Source of the DNA: a virus
IMG/VR virus record: IMGVR_UViG_3300008262_000018
Coordinates: 1-64,000 of that record
Length of the DNA: 64,000 nucleotides
Strand: one strand, 5' to 3'
Both the position numbers and the translations under genes were made by a program. The notes beneath the pieces are model-generated. The model worked only from the letters and a program-made list of their open reading frames with translations, did not search any database and was not told where the DNA came from. This document shows, piece after piece, positions 1 through 9,455 of the stretch; the stretch's first letter is position 1; every line of letters begins with the position of its first letter.

Positions 1-88
1 CGCCATCGATTAGGACAAATTGTATTGTCATGGTGAAAAAAAATTGCGTGTATTTCGTTGGAGTTATGTTTTATAGGGTATGATAGTG

Positions 89-118
89 AAAAAAAAGGGA
101 ATTGATATTCCCTTTTTT
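89..118. terminator. Intrinsic terminator, probably bidirectional, downstream of the minus-strand ORF
   Basis: A8-GGGAAT-tgat-ATTCCC-T6 hairpin flanked by A and T tracts. Confidence 0.8.
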
Positions 119-131
119 AGGTGGTTCTGGG

Positions 132-449
132 TTAATCCCAGAATCCACCTTTCTTTGCTCCCTTTGGGAGTAAAGAACCTGTCTCTGTAATTCGCGTACC
201 AGCGATTACACGATGATTGCCATCGTCATCGATGGCTTCTATCAAATCATTAATTTGATAGACACCTTCTTTCGTGTGCGAGAAGAAGGTGATAACTTGA
301 CCATTGTCAAGTTTAACACGATATCCAACGTTGCCGTTTGAGGCGACTTTGGATTCAACATCTTTGATGTTGAAGGTCAATCCAGTTGTGGATTGAACCT
401 GAATTGACTCAGTCAATTCTGCAAATCCCATTAGGGGTTTGTTTGCCAT
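132..449 (-). CDS. Hypothetical protein, beta-rich (possible ssDNA-binding/OB-like); the only credible minus-strand gene
   Basis: ORF 132..494; likelier start MANKPLMG at 449 after an A/T-rich leader; ends GGFWD; followed by a terminator. Confidence 0.55.
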   Translation of the reverse strand: MANKPLMGFAELTESIQVQSTTGLTFNIKDVESKVASNGNVGYRVKLDNGQVITFFSHTKEGVYQINDLIEAIDDDGNHRVIAGTRITETGSLLPKGAKKGGFWD

Positions 450-758
450 AAATTTTAATTTAGAAGTGAAACGATAAATTAACAAGGGGGACATAGTCTC
501 CCAAATTTATGGTGGGGTTGGCTTGATGATCGGGTCCTCACAACCTCTAACATACTAGTTGCTAGGTAGGGGGGATGTTTCTCAAGAAACATTATGGGGG
601 GAGCTAAAACTAAATTATATCCCTAACCACGCATTTTTGCTATGTATAATATAATAATGTATTAGTATTATGGTATGTTATAGATAGCATTTTTGCGTGG
701 TAGGTAGGATATTAACACTGTGTGGGTAAGTATATATTGGTGATATATTAATTAAAAT

Positions 759-797
759 TAAATTTGTTAAGTTTAAACATTTTAAGTATATTATATT
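759..797 (+). promoter_or_regulatory. Late-type promoter (TTTG-N20-TATATTAT) overlapped by palindrome TAAATTT-N3-AAGTTTA
   Basis: TTTG 763-766, GTATATTATATT 786-797 immediately before ATG 798; motif recurs at other operon starts. Confidence 0.6.
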
Positions 798-1028
798 ATG
801 GAGACAAGAAAAATCACACAAGAGGGAGAAGAAGAACTTCTATCTCATTACAGAGTAATTAGAGACAATAATGGAGAAGAGCTAGGGGGCGTTCCTGTAG
901 TTGATGTAAGGGATGGGCTTACATATAGGATGCTAGGGGAGCAAATGTGTAAAGCTGCTAATAGGAGTAAGTTTATTAATTATAATCAATATCATTCATC
1001 ACCTAAAAAGAAACAATATGTATCATGA
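798..1028 (+). CDS. Hypothetical protein
   Basis: First ORF of a tightly packed + strand operon. Confidence 0.6.
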   Translation: METRKITQEGEEELLSHYRVIRDNNGEELGGVPVVDVRDGLTYRMLGEQMCKAANRSKFINYNQYHSSPKKKQYVS

Positions 1029-1323
1029 GTGTAAAGTGTATTGTCATTCGATAACACCAGAACAAGCTGAGGTATTAAATATTACAGATAGTGGAAAGTG
1101 GCTTCCTTTCACCATCTATCTTGGATGTATTAATGCTTTCAAGATGTCTACAGATGAGGATGAGGAGGGTACACAATATTGCACCACTGTATATACAGAT
1201 ACAGGGGACATCTACATATTAGACACACCCTATCCTAAGTTTAATACTATATGGAAAAAGTTTATGGATTTAGAAGAAGAATCCACAGATGAGAGTAGTG
1301 ATGATAATGATGTAAATCTTTAA
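1018..1323 (+). CDS. Hypothetical protein with acidic C-terminus
   Basis: 101 aa ORF overlapping the previous gene. Confidence 0.7.
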   Translation: MYHECKVYCHSITPEQAEVLNITDSGKWLPFTIYLGCINAFKMSTDEDEEGTQYCTTVYTDTGDIYILDTPYPKFNTIWKKFMDLEEESTDESSDDNDVNL

Positions 1324-1341
1324 TAATAAAAACCAATAATT

Positions 1342-1677
1342 ATGTCAGAAGAACAAAAAGTACCAAGTAAGGAAGAAGTGGTAACATTTCTTAAAGAGCA
1401 AATCGAAGTGAAAGAACTTCAGGCTCAGCTACAAGAGTTAAACATGCGTATTGCTAAAGCTAGAGCTGAGGAAATTCAAGCTATTAGTTTTATAGCACAG
1501 TTAACAAATCCTTCTCAGCCTCCAGTTGAACCAGAGATGGAAGGTGAGCCTCACACAATTACAGAAGAAGATTTGGCTAACAATCCTAGTCTTTCAGAAC
1601 AAGGATTGAAAGTGGGAGATGAGGTGCTTATTACAGATGAGGAAGCTCCTAAAAAACGTTCATTAAAAAAGAAATAA
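1342..1677 (+). CDS. Hypothetical coiled-coil protein
   Basis: Heptad-like N-terminal half; preceded by TAAAAACCAA leader motif. Confidence 0.75.
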   Translation: MSEEQKVPSKEEVVTFLKEQIEVKELQAQLQELNMRIAKARAEEIQAISFIAQLTNPSQPPVEPEMEGEPHTITEEDLANNPSLSEQGLKVGDEVLITDEEAPKKRSLKKK

Positions 1678-1680
1678 TCA

Positions 1681-2043
1681 ATGGCAGTAGTAAATCAAAT
1701 AGAGAAAAAGATGAGAATGAATAATTGGGATGCTGTAAAGTACCAACTACTCACCTATTGTTATCTCTATAAGATTTCTGTAAGCGATGCCGATCTTGAT
1801 TGTTTAACATTTCTAGCACTTGAGGGGGAGCAAGAGTTGACATCCTTCTGTAGCAAGGTGCATGAGAAGAAGATATTCTCTTCCCCTCAAAGCGTTAGAA
1901 ATTGTCTTACAAAAGCTGCAAAGAAAAATTTGATTGTAAAGGAAGGTAAGAATAAAAAGAAAATAACCATCAACCCAAAGCTTGATGTATTTTCAAAAGG
2001 TAACTTGCTACTTAATTTTAAAATATTAAGTCTTGCGTCCTAA
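1681..2043 (+). CDS. Putative winged-helix DNA-binding protein
   Basis: SPQSVRNCLTKAAKKNLIVKEG-like recognition helix and wing, then INP (RepL/MarR-like pattern). Confidence 0.55.
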   Translation: MAVVNQIEKKMRMNNWDAVKYQLLTYCYLYKISVSDADLDCLTFLALEGEQELTSFCSKVHEKKIFSSPQSVRNCLTKAAKKNLIVKEGKNKKKITINPKLDVFSKGNLLLNFKILSLAS

Positions 2044-2455
2044 AAAAGCAAAAGAGTTTATAGATGATGTAGCTAAAGAAGTGGGGTTAGCTAAAGAAGT
2101 GGTGGAAAGCGTTATAGGTTTTTATTATAGAGAGTTGAGACAAAACCTTAGTAATATTTGTCACTACAGAGTGCATGTAACAAATCTTGGAGATTTTACA
2201 ATTAAGCATTGGAAAGTAGATGATAAGATTGATAAGCTTCAGAAATTTGAAGAGAATAATAAATCTAAAGGGCTTCAAAAAATAACAGCTAGATTTAAAA
2301 CAGCTGAATCTTTATATGAGTTAACAGCTCTTAAAAAGTTAATTGAAGAAGAAAACCAAAGAAAAGAATTTATTAAATTACATAAAACTAAAAGCAATGT
2401 CAAATCTAGGAAAAAACATAATAAAGATATGGAAGAACAAGGGTCAGATTCTTGA
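2033..2455 (+). CDS. HU/IHF-like DNA-binding protein
   Basis: KEFIDDVAKEVGLAKEVVESVI...VHVTNLGDFTIK matches the HU/IHF pattern. Confidence 0.65.
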   Translation: MRPKKAKEFIDDVAKEVGLAKEVVESVIGFYYRELRQNLSNICHYRVHVTNLGDFTIKHWKVDDKIDKLQKFEENNKSKGLQKITARFKTAESLYELTALKKLIEEENQRKEFIKLHKTKSNVKSRKKHNKDMEEQGSDS

Positions 2456-2729
2456 AGGAATCACCAACTCTATATTTAAAAAAGAAGATGTAGAAGAAAT
2501 TGCACAACAGAGAATGCAAATATGCAATGAGTGTGAACTTCTAGATGTGCAAGGTGATGGATGTATGGTGCCAGGAACTGCACCCTGTTGTAATGAAAAT
2601 AAAGGTGGTTGTGGATGTAGCTTGTCACTAAAGACAAGAGCCCTTAGTTCTGATTGTCCTCTTGGTAAATGGGAAGCAATTCTTACAGAAGAAGAGGAAG
2701 ACAAACTAAATGAAAAATTAGGACTATGA
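2397..2729 (+). CDS. Small Cys-rich zinc-binding protein (DUF6171-like)
   Basis: RMQICNEC...CGCSLSLKTR...CPLGKW; ATG at 2397 preferred over TTG at 2343. Confidence 0.6.
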   Translation: MSNLGKNIIKIWKNKGQILEGITNSIFKKEDVEEIAQQRMQICNECELLDVQGDGCMVPGTAPCCNENKGGCGCSLSLKTRALSSDCPLGKWEAILTEEEEDKLNEKLGL

Positions 2730-3556
2730 GTATATTAAAATTCTACCCTGACAAACATAAGTATATAAGTGATGATGGTACAGATTGGTTAAGTGTAACC
2801 AGTCTCATTTCCAACTTTAAACAACCTTTTGATGCTGATGCTATAGCTGTAAAATCTTCAAGAAATAAAAAGAGCAAGTGGTATGGTCTCACTCCTGAAG
2901 AAATTAAAGAAGCTTGGAAGGCTGAAGCAAATAGAGCAACAACACTAGGTACATGGTATCATAATTGTAGAGAAAATGATATTTGTTCTTTTCAAACGAT
3001 GGAAAGACAAGGATCTACTATTCCTATTTTTAAACCAGTCGAAATTGACCACGTTAAACATTCACCAAACCAAAAACTTGTGGATGGTATTTATCCAGAG
3101 CACATGGTGTATTTGAAATCAGCAGGTATATGTGGACAATCAGATCTTGTAGAAGTGATTAATGGGGTGGTGCACATAACAGATTATAAAACTAATAAAG
3201 AAATTAAGCTTTCTGGATTTACAAATTGGGAAGGAGTGACACAAAAAATGCAGCCCCCTGTATCGCATTTAGATGATTGTCATTTAAATCACTATGCTTT
3301 ACAGCTTAGTATGTATATGTTTATTATTCTTAAGCACAATCCTAAATTAAAGTTTGGAAGCTTAACAATACATCATATATTGTTTGAAGAAGTGGGACGA
3401 GATAAGTTTGACAATCCTATTACAGCTCTTGATACAAATGGTGATCCTATTGTTTTAGATATAGTGCAATACGATCTTCCCTATTTAAAACAAGAAGCAA
3501 TATCTGTAATACATTGGCTAGAAGATAATCGTAACAAAATAAAACCTAAATACTAA
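2726..3556 (+). CDS. PD-(D/E)XK exonuclease (RecB/Cas4-like superfamily)
   Basis: SVT...GTWYH...E...GQSDLV...ITDYKT...YALQLSMY motifs. Confidence 0.85.
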   Translation: MSILKFYPDKHKYISDDGTDWLSVTSLISNFKQPFDADAIAVKSSRNKKSKWYGLTPEEIKEAWKAEANRATTLGTWYHNCRENDICSFQTMERQGSTIPIFKPVEIDHVKHSPNQKLVDGIYPEHMVYLKSAGICGQSDLVEVINGVVHITDYKTNKEIKLSGFTNWEGVTQKMQPPVSHLDDCHLNHYALQLSMYMFIILKHNPKLKFGSLTIHHILFEEVGRDKFDNPITALDTNGDPIVLDIVQYDLPYLKQEAISVIHWLEDNRNKIKPKY

Positions 3557-3927
3557 TGTGGTTTGAAGTAATTAAGTTGATTGTAACAATAGCACAGCAT
3601 AAAAAAGAAACAGATCAAAAACAAAAGGAACGTGTTTCTAAAATGCTTTTGCAAATGTCTGAGCTTCTTGTAGAGACAGCAAAAGAATTAGCAACAGGTG
3701 TTTATCCACAAGGTAAGTGTGCTACAATGTGGGCTCTATCAGAAGACTTTTTAAATTATGTTCAAGATAAGGTGAATGAAGAAGAGTTTAAATTAATAAG
3801 TGAACTATTGCATTCATGTTCTCAATTAGAAAGAGAATATGCAGATAGAGAAAATCCACAAACTATAACAGATTTGTTTTTGGCTTCTGGACAATTACAT
3901 AGCTTATCAATTTTATACGGAGTATGA
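3556..3927 (+). CDS. Hypothetical helical protein
   Basis: TAATG coupling with the upstream gene. Confidence 0.65.
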   Translation: MWFEVIKLIVTIAQHKKETDQKQKERVSKMLLQMSELLVETAKELATGVYPQGKCATMWALSEDFLNYVQDKVNEEEFKLISELLHSCSQLEREYADRENPQTITDLFLASGQLHSLSILYGV

Positions 3928-4244
3928 TAACACAAACAATACATGAGATACATAATCCTTTTGATGCATATGCAAGACAGCTTGGAGAATGTCTTGTTAT
4001 GTTTATGTTTGGTGGTAGTGTAACCTCCAATCCACAATTTGTTGTACGTATATATGAAACAGGAATGATACGTACAGTGGATCAGAATGATTTAATTGTC
4101 TATGGTAATCCTACAGCAGGAGAAGATTTAGTTCCCCATATTCCTGCAGATTGGAAACCACATAGAGGAAGATGGGGCAAAGGAGCTGTAAGAAACATGG
4201 ACTTTTTAAAAGAAAAAGAAAATGGCAAAGAAACCACTAACTAA
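3924..4244 (+). CDS. Hypothetical protein
   Basis: ATGA overlap with the upstream gene. Confidence 0.65.
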   Translation: MITQTIHEIHNPFDAYARQLGECLVMFMFGGSVTSNPQFVVRIYETGMIRTVDQNDLIVYGNPTAGEDLVPHIPADWKPHRGRWGKGAVRNMDFLKEKENGKETTN

Positions 4245-4539
4245 AAAGTATTTAATTAAGCGAGGTGTTTGTTGTGGAAATGGATGTCAAAACTGTCCAT
4301 ACACACCTAAACATAAAAAAGGTTCCACTGAACTAGAAGTGGTTAAACTTTTAGATGAATGGCTTGATGATTATGAAGATGGACTAATAGAGTTAGGAAG
4401 TTCTGCACGTAAATGTTATATGAATAAAGATCATGAAATGATGGGTATTACAACATGGGTACATGATGATGAACTTAGAAGATACCATGTTCTTCGTGGA
4501 TTAGGCAAACGTGTAGATAGAACAGTACAAAAAGGATAA
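4222..4539 (+). CDS. Cys-rich protein with DUF5522-like N-terminus
   Basis: YLIKRGVCCGNGCQNCPY motif. Confidence 0.65.
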   Translation: MAKKPLTKKYLIKRGVCCGNGCQNCPYTPKHKKGSTELEVVKLLDEWLDDYEDGLIELGSSARKCYMNKDHEMMGITTWVHDDELRRYHVLRGLGKRVDRTVQKG

Positions 4540-4542
4540 TAT

Positions 4543-5055
4543 ATGATTAGGTTATTTGATATACAGAATAATAAGGTGGTTCCTACAGAACATTGTTATA
4601 CGCTTAAGTTTTTAAAAGATATTATGGATGAATTTCCAGAAGACTATTTAAAAATTTATTCGTATTTGTTTTATATGAGTTGTCCTAGCCCTGATGTAAA
4701 TCCATTCTTTGATGTACCAGAACATGAAAAAGAAGAACTCATTCTTAAAGAAATTGATGCTGAGTTTTCGACTGATGAAGATCTTATTGTTAATGGTCTT
4801 AAGATGTGTAAGAAGTTGTACGAGACACCAACGTACAGAGCTTATGCTGGTATCAAAAGCATGCTGGATAGGCTTGCTAAATACATGGAGACAACAGAGA
4901 TTGAGCATGGTAGAGATGGTAACATTACAGCACTTATTAATGCAGCATCAAAGTTTGAAGCAATACGTCAGAGCTTTAAAGGCACATTACGAGATTTGGA
5001 AGAAGAACAACAATCATCTGTAAGAGGTGGTCAAAACTTAGCATACGATCAGTAA
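4543..5055 (+). CDS. Conserved crAss-like protein upstream of terminase (possible small terminase subunit)
   Basis: 170 aa helical protein ending VRGGQNLAYDQ; function inferred from position only. Confidence 0.55.
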   Translation: MIRLFDIQNNKVVPTEHCYTLKFLKDIMDEFPEDYLKIYSYLFYMSCPSPDVNPFFDVPEHEKEELILKEIDAEFSTDEDLIVNGLKMCKKLYETPTYRAYAGIKSMLDRLAKYMETTEIEHGRDGNITALINAASKFEAIRQSFKGTLRDLEEEQQSSVRGGQNLAYDQ

Positions 5056-5077
5056 ACAATTAAACCCAAATACAAAA

Positions 5078-6133
5078 ATGAAAAGACGAGTTTTATTTAT
5101 TTTAAAGAGAAGAGAAGATTATGGTCAAGAACATCATTCTAATGAAGGCCTAACAACAGGATTGTACAATTCAGCAACATTTGTAAAAGATATGCTGGAA
5201 AAAAAAGGTGTTCCTTCAAAACTTGTTGTTGTTACAGATAACAACGATATTGATAGAGAGGTAACATTATTTAAAGCAACAGATGTAATTATTGAAGGAT
5301 TGTGGGTAGTTCCTGAAAAGTTTGATGTATTAAAACAACTTCATCCAAGTGTAAATTGGATTATACGTATACATAGTAATTCTCCTTTCTTAGCTAACGA
5401 AGGTATTGCATTTAATTGGATTGCACAGTATACAACAAAATCTAAAGTGTTTGTTGCAACAAATGCTAATGCAATGAACAAAGAGTTAAAGTTTTATGTA
5501 AAAGGTAGATTTTCAATGACACCTGAAAAAGAAGAAAATAAAATTTTAGATCTACCAAACTACTACCCTGAAACATTTGAAAGAACAAAAAAAATAAATA
5601 CGAAAGCTGAATATATTAATATAGGATGTTTTGGAGCTATTCGTCCATTAAAAAATCATATGGCTCAAGCAATAGCTGCTGTAAAATTTGCAGATAGTGT
5701 GGGTAAAAAACTACGCTTTCATATTAATACAGGAAGAATAGAACAAAATGGTCAAGCTGTTTATAATAATTTAAAATCATTTTTTAATAATTTAAATGAA
5801 AAAGGGCATGAACTTGTTGAGCATCCATGGATGCTAAGAGAAGAATTTTTACAACTATGTAGACAAATGGATATTGGCATGCAAGTCTCTTTTTCTGAAA
5901 CATTTAATATTGTAGCTGCTGATTTAATAAGTCAAGGAGTTCCTGTAATTAGTACAAATGAAATTCCTTGGATGAGTAAAATGTTTGTTGCACCATCTAC
6001 TAATACAGATCAAATCGCCAAAATACTAAAAAGAACTTATAACCAAAGTTCAATTAATGTATATCTTAATAAAACTAAATTATTAAGTTATGTTAAAAGA
6101 TCTAAAGACGTTTGGTTAAAGTTTTTTAAATAA
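5078..6133 (+). CDS. Glycosyltransferase, GT-B fold (GT4-like)
   Basis: IGCFGAIRPLKNH and SFSETFNIVAADLISQGVPVI (Ex7E/D-type nucleotide-sugar motif). Confidence 0.8.
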   Translation: MKRRVLFILKRREDYGQEHHSNEGLTTGLYNSATFVKDMLEKKGVPSKLVVVTDNNDIDREVTLFKATDVIIEGLWVVPEKFDVLKQLHPSVNWIIRIHSNSPFLANEGIAFNWIAQYTTKSKVFVATNANAMNKELKFYVKGRFSMTPEKEENKILDLPNYYPETFERTKKINTKAEYINIGCFGAIRPLKNHMAQAIAAVKFADSVGKKLRFHINTGRIEQNGQAVYNNLKSFFNNLNEKGHELVEHPWMLREEFLQLCRQMDIGMQVSFSETFNIVAADLISQGVPVISTNEIPWMSKMFVAPSTNTDQIAKILKRTYNQSSINVYLNKTKLLSYVKRSKDVWLKFFK

Positions 6134-6135
6134 AT

Positions 6136-6258
6136 GTCCCTACAGGCCATAGGGTCGTAGTTCCTCTCACGCTACCCATAAGAACAGCGCCCCAGGAGAG
6201 CTAGATCGTAAGCTAGATGGGTTTGGCAACTTCCCCACTGACGAGAGAATAAGTTGCA
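6136..6258 (+). ncRNA. Putative structured RNA upstream of the tRNA
   Basis: GC-enriched non-coding segment with stems CCCTA/TAGGG, GTAG/CTAC, CTAG/CTAG, GCAACTT/AAGTTGC. Confidence 0.4.
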
Positions 6259-6261
6259 TAT

Positions 6262-6370
6262 TGTAGGGTGGTGAAATAGGCAAACACGCCATCTTGTCTC
6301 GATGGTTTATGTCGCTAATTTGGTAAATAATTGCGATATAAATGTAGGTTCGACTCCTACCCCTACAGCA
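6262..6370 (+). tRNA. Atypical tRNA (GTC, Asp-type anticodon) with 38-nt variable arm
   Basis: Acceptor TGTAGGG/CCCTACA + G73; D arm GTG-AAATAGGCAAA-CAC; anticodon arm CCATC-TTGTCTC-GATGG; T arm GTAGG-TTCGACT-CCTAC. Confidence 0.75.
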
Positions 6371-6377
6371 AATAGTT

Positions 6378-7007
6378 ATGAAAAGAATATTAACAATATT
6401 ATTATGTCTTCTATTTTCAATAATAGGATATTCTCAAAATGGTGGGCAATACTTTGAGAACAATGTTATTATTGTTAAGTTTATAGCCTATTCAAATGGA
6501 GAGTATATATTTTCTGTAATAAATAAACAAGAATGTACAGCTAGAATAAGAACAAAAGCTGATCAAGATCCTGCTGTTGATGTTGTAATAAATGCTGGAG
6601 ATTCTGTATGGGTGAGTGTACCAAGACCACAAAACGTAGAAATATTATTTAGAGCAAAAGCCGAAACATTTTGTGTATCTAATCCTGATATGGGGTGGCT
6701 TGAAGTGAAATTAAACCTTGGAGTTTTAGATTTAACTATAACACCGTTTATTCATATTTATAGAGAATCAAACATTTATAAAGTTATATTAAAAAATAAT
6801 ATTTTAAAAAGTGAATTTCCCACTCCAGAAAATCAAATAGTTTTAATTTATGATGGTATTGGAAACAGACTTTTTTATCAAAAAAGTTTTGTTAGAAAAC
6901 AATATGAAATTGACATATCTTCACATCTAAAACCAGGACTTAATTTTATAAGAGTGGTGATAGAAAATAGACAATACAGTAATTTTTTATTTAAAGTAGT
7001 AAAATAA
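6378..7007 (+). CDS. Secreted protein with N-terminal signal peptide and T9SS type A sorting-like C-terminal domain
   Basis: MKRILTILLCLLFSIIGYS-Q; C-terminus IYDGIGN...IDISSHLKPGLNFIRV...FKVVK. Confidence 0.65.
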   Translation: MKRILTILLCLLFSIIGYSQNGGQYFENNVIIVKFIAYSNGEYIFSVINKQECTARIRTKADQDPAVDVVINAGDSVWVSVPRPQNVEILFRAKAETFCVSNPDMGWLEVKLNLGVLDLTITPFIHIYRESNIYKVILKNNILKSEFPTPENQIVLIYDGIGNRLFYQKSFVRKQYEIDISSHLKPGLNFIRVVIENRQYSNFLFKVVK

Positions 7008-7012
7008 ATATT

Positions 7013-7258
7013 ATGCAAGAAACACATCAACATTTAGAAACAGTTAATGTTGGCAATGGATTTATGTTTAATTGGGTGTTTCACTATAATCCTTTCACTG
7101 AAGTATGGAACGCTATTCCTAGAGATTTTTATACAGAATATTGGAGCGATAGTGAAAATCTTAGAGTGTTAAAAAGTAGAAATATTTCTGATTTAAAAGA
7201 TATTCTTTATAAAGCTCATGGGGATGAAGAAATAATAAAAGAGATTTTAAATGGATAG
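7013..7258 (+). CDS. Hypothetical protein
   Basis: 81 aa ORF overlapping the terminase start. Confidence 0.7.
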   Translation: MQETHQHLETVNVGNGFMFNWVFHYNPFTEVWNAIPRDFYTEYWSDSENLRVLKSRNISDLKDILYKAHGDEEIIKEILNG

Positions 7259-9452
7259 TATTTATAAGGAAGTTCCTACATACAAAGATGGAATATGGAC
7301 TACAACTATGTTTGCTACTCGTGAAGAGTTTAAAGACTTTCTTGTGCCCTTATTTAAGGAACCTGGTAAATATCACTTTAATGAAACAAGTTTAATATTT
7401 AATGCAGAAGCTCGTAAGTTTCAAAAGCAAAAGTATTACTGTGATGCTCCAATTAAAACTAAAGATTTTATAACTTATTGGGATGATCAAAAAGCCAAAT
7501 GTCGTAACGGTATTATTGTACATTCTAAAGGTAGCACTTGGTATATCACTCGTGATTATTATATGTGGCTTAATTTTCTTCCTATTTATGATAAGGAAGA
7601 AAAGCGCTTTGATTTTGCAAAAGTTAGGGATGCGCAATACCACATGGCTCTATACGAACACTTAGCAGAGCTACATTATAAACATGCAATTATATTAAAG
7701 AAACGTCAGATAGCTAGTTCATATTTTCATATGGCTAAGCTTCTTAATCAATATTGGTTTGAAGAGGGAGCTGTATTAAAGATAGGAGCAAGTCTTAAAG
7801 ACTACATTAATGAAAAAGGTTCTTGGAAGTTTCTTAATGAATATAAGAACTTTCTTAATGAACATACAGCATGGTATAGACCAGCTGAACCTGAGAAGGT
7901 GGGAGCTTGGCAACAGCAAATTAAAGTGAGGATTAATGGTAGAGATACTTACAAGGGTAATAAATCTACTATTAATCTTTATTCATTTGAGAAAGATCCT
8001 ACACATGGTGTGGGTGGACCTGTTACGTATTTCTTTCATGAAGAAGCTGGTATTGCTCCTAAGATGGATGACACTTATGGGTTTATGAAACCAGCTCTTA
8101 AATCAGGTCACATTATTACAGGACAATTTATTGCAGCTGGATCAGTGGGTGATCTTGATCAATGCGAACCTCTTAAAGAATACATTCTTCAACCAGATGA
8201 GAATGGGTTCTATGGTGTAGAAACTAACCTAGTAGATAGTGATGGTACAATAGGTGTGACAGGACTTTTTATTCCTGAGCAATGGAGCATGCCTCCGTAT
8301 ATAGATGAGTATGGCAATTCTAAAGTGGAGGAAGCTCTTCAAGCTTTAGATGAAGAATTTCAAAAAGCTAAAAAGAAACTTAACCCAGAAGCTTATCAGC
8401 TTACAATATCTCAGCATCCTCGTAACATTGAAGAAGCTTTTGCTACAAGAAAGGTGAGTGTCTTTCCACCACATCTTGTATCTAAGCAAATGCAGAGGAT
8501 TATGGATAAGGAGTATCCTGTAGAATATCTCAACCTATCGAGAAATGCTGAAGGAAAGATAATTGCTACAGGTTCAAACAAACTTCCAATATCTGAATTT
8601 CCCATATCTAAAAAAACTGAGGATAAAGAAGGAGTGATATGTGTTTATGAACGTCCTTGTAAAGATCCTACATTTGGAATGTATTATGCTAGTGTCGATC
8701 CTGTGGGAGAAGGTAAAACAACAACATCTGAGTCTTTGTGTTCTATATACATATATAAAAATCCTGTAGAGGTTATAACAGATGATGGTGAAGGAAAAGT
8801 AAAAAACACTATTGAGCGTGATAAGCTTGTGGCTAGTTGGTGTGGTAGATTTGATGACATTAATAAAACTCACGAGCGCTTAGAGATGATGATTGAATGG
8901 TATAATGCTTGGACATTAGTGGAAAATAACGTAGCTTTATTCATCCAGTACATGATTTCTAAAAAGAAACAACGTTATTTGGTTCCAAAAGATATGATAT
9001 TATTTCTTAAAGACATAGGTGCTAATAGAAATGTATTTCAACAATATGGATGGAAAAACGTAGGAACAATATTTAAAGGTACTATTCTATCTTATGGAAT
9101 TGAATTCTTACAAGAAGAGCTTGATCACGAAACCCTACCAGATGGTACAATTGTTAAGACAATATATGGCGTGGAGCGCATTCCAGATCCTATGCTTCTT
9201 AAAGAAATGCAAGCATATAGAGAGGGATTAAACGTGGATAGACTTGTAGCATTTTGTTCGCTAGTAGCTTTTGCAAAAGTGCAACAGTCTAATAGAGGTT
9301 ACACTAAGCGTATAGAGACTAAGGAAAACTTGGAAAGTTCCCAAAAATTTAGTAAATTAAATTGGGGACCATTTAGACATATGGGTAAATCTCATGGTGG
9401 TAAAAATACCATGGCTGCACCTTCTAGAAGAGCTTTTAAAAACATAAGATAA
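7251..9452 (+). CDS. terL: Terminase large subunit
   Basis: Walker A-like LKKRQIASS, Walker B FFHEEAG, nuclease ASVDP / LVENN / NVDRLVA; upstream of portal. Confidence 0.93.
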   Translation: MDSIYKEVPTYKDGIWTTTMFATREEFKDFLVPLFKEPGKYHFNETSLIFNAEARKFQKQKYYCDAPIKTKDFITYWDDQKAKCRNGIIVHSKGSTWYITRDYYMWLNFLPIYDKEEKRFDFAKVRDAQYHMALYEHLAELHYKHAIILKKRQIASSYFHMAKLLNQYWFEEGAVLKIGASLKDYINEKGSWKFLNEYKNFLNEHTAWYRPAEPEKVGAWQQQIKVRINGRDTYKGNKSTINLYSFEKDPTHGVGGPVTYFFHEEAGIAPKMDDTYGFMKPALKSGHIITGQFIAAGSVGDLDQCEPLKEYILQPDENGFYGVETNLVDSDGTIGVTGLFIPEQWSMPPYIDEYGNSKVEEALQALDEEFQKAKKKLNPEAYQLTISQHPRNIEEAFATRKVSVFPPHLVSKQMQRIMDKEYPVEYLNLSRNAEGKIIATGSNKLPISEFPISKKTEDKEGVICVYERPCKDPTFGMYYASVDPVGEGKTTTSESLCSIYIYKNPVEVITDDGEGKVKNTIERDKLVASWCGRFDDINKTHERLEMMIEWYNAWTLVENNVALFIQYMISKKKQRYLVPKDMILFLKDIGANRNVFQQYGWKNVGTIFKGTILSYGIEFLQEELDHETLPDGTIVKTIYGVERIPDPMLLKEMQAYREGLNVDRLVAFCSLVAFAKVQQSNRGYTKRIETKENLESSQKFSKLNWGPFRHMGKSHGGKNTMAAPSRRAFKNIR

Positions 9453-9455
9453 AAA

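Noticed and set aside
2726-3556. Cas4 / CRISPR-associated system
   Set aside because: No Fe-S cysteine set, no array, no other cas genes; ordinary phage PD-(D/E)XK nuclease
6225-6280. Hammerhead ribozyme from CTGACGA
   Set aside because: Could not build the three required stems with correctly placed GAAA and cleavage triplet
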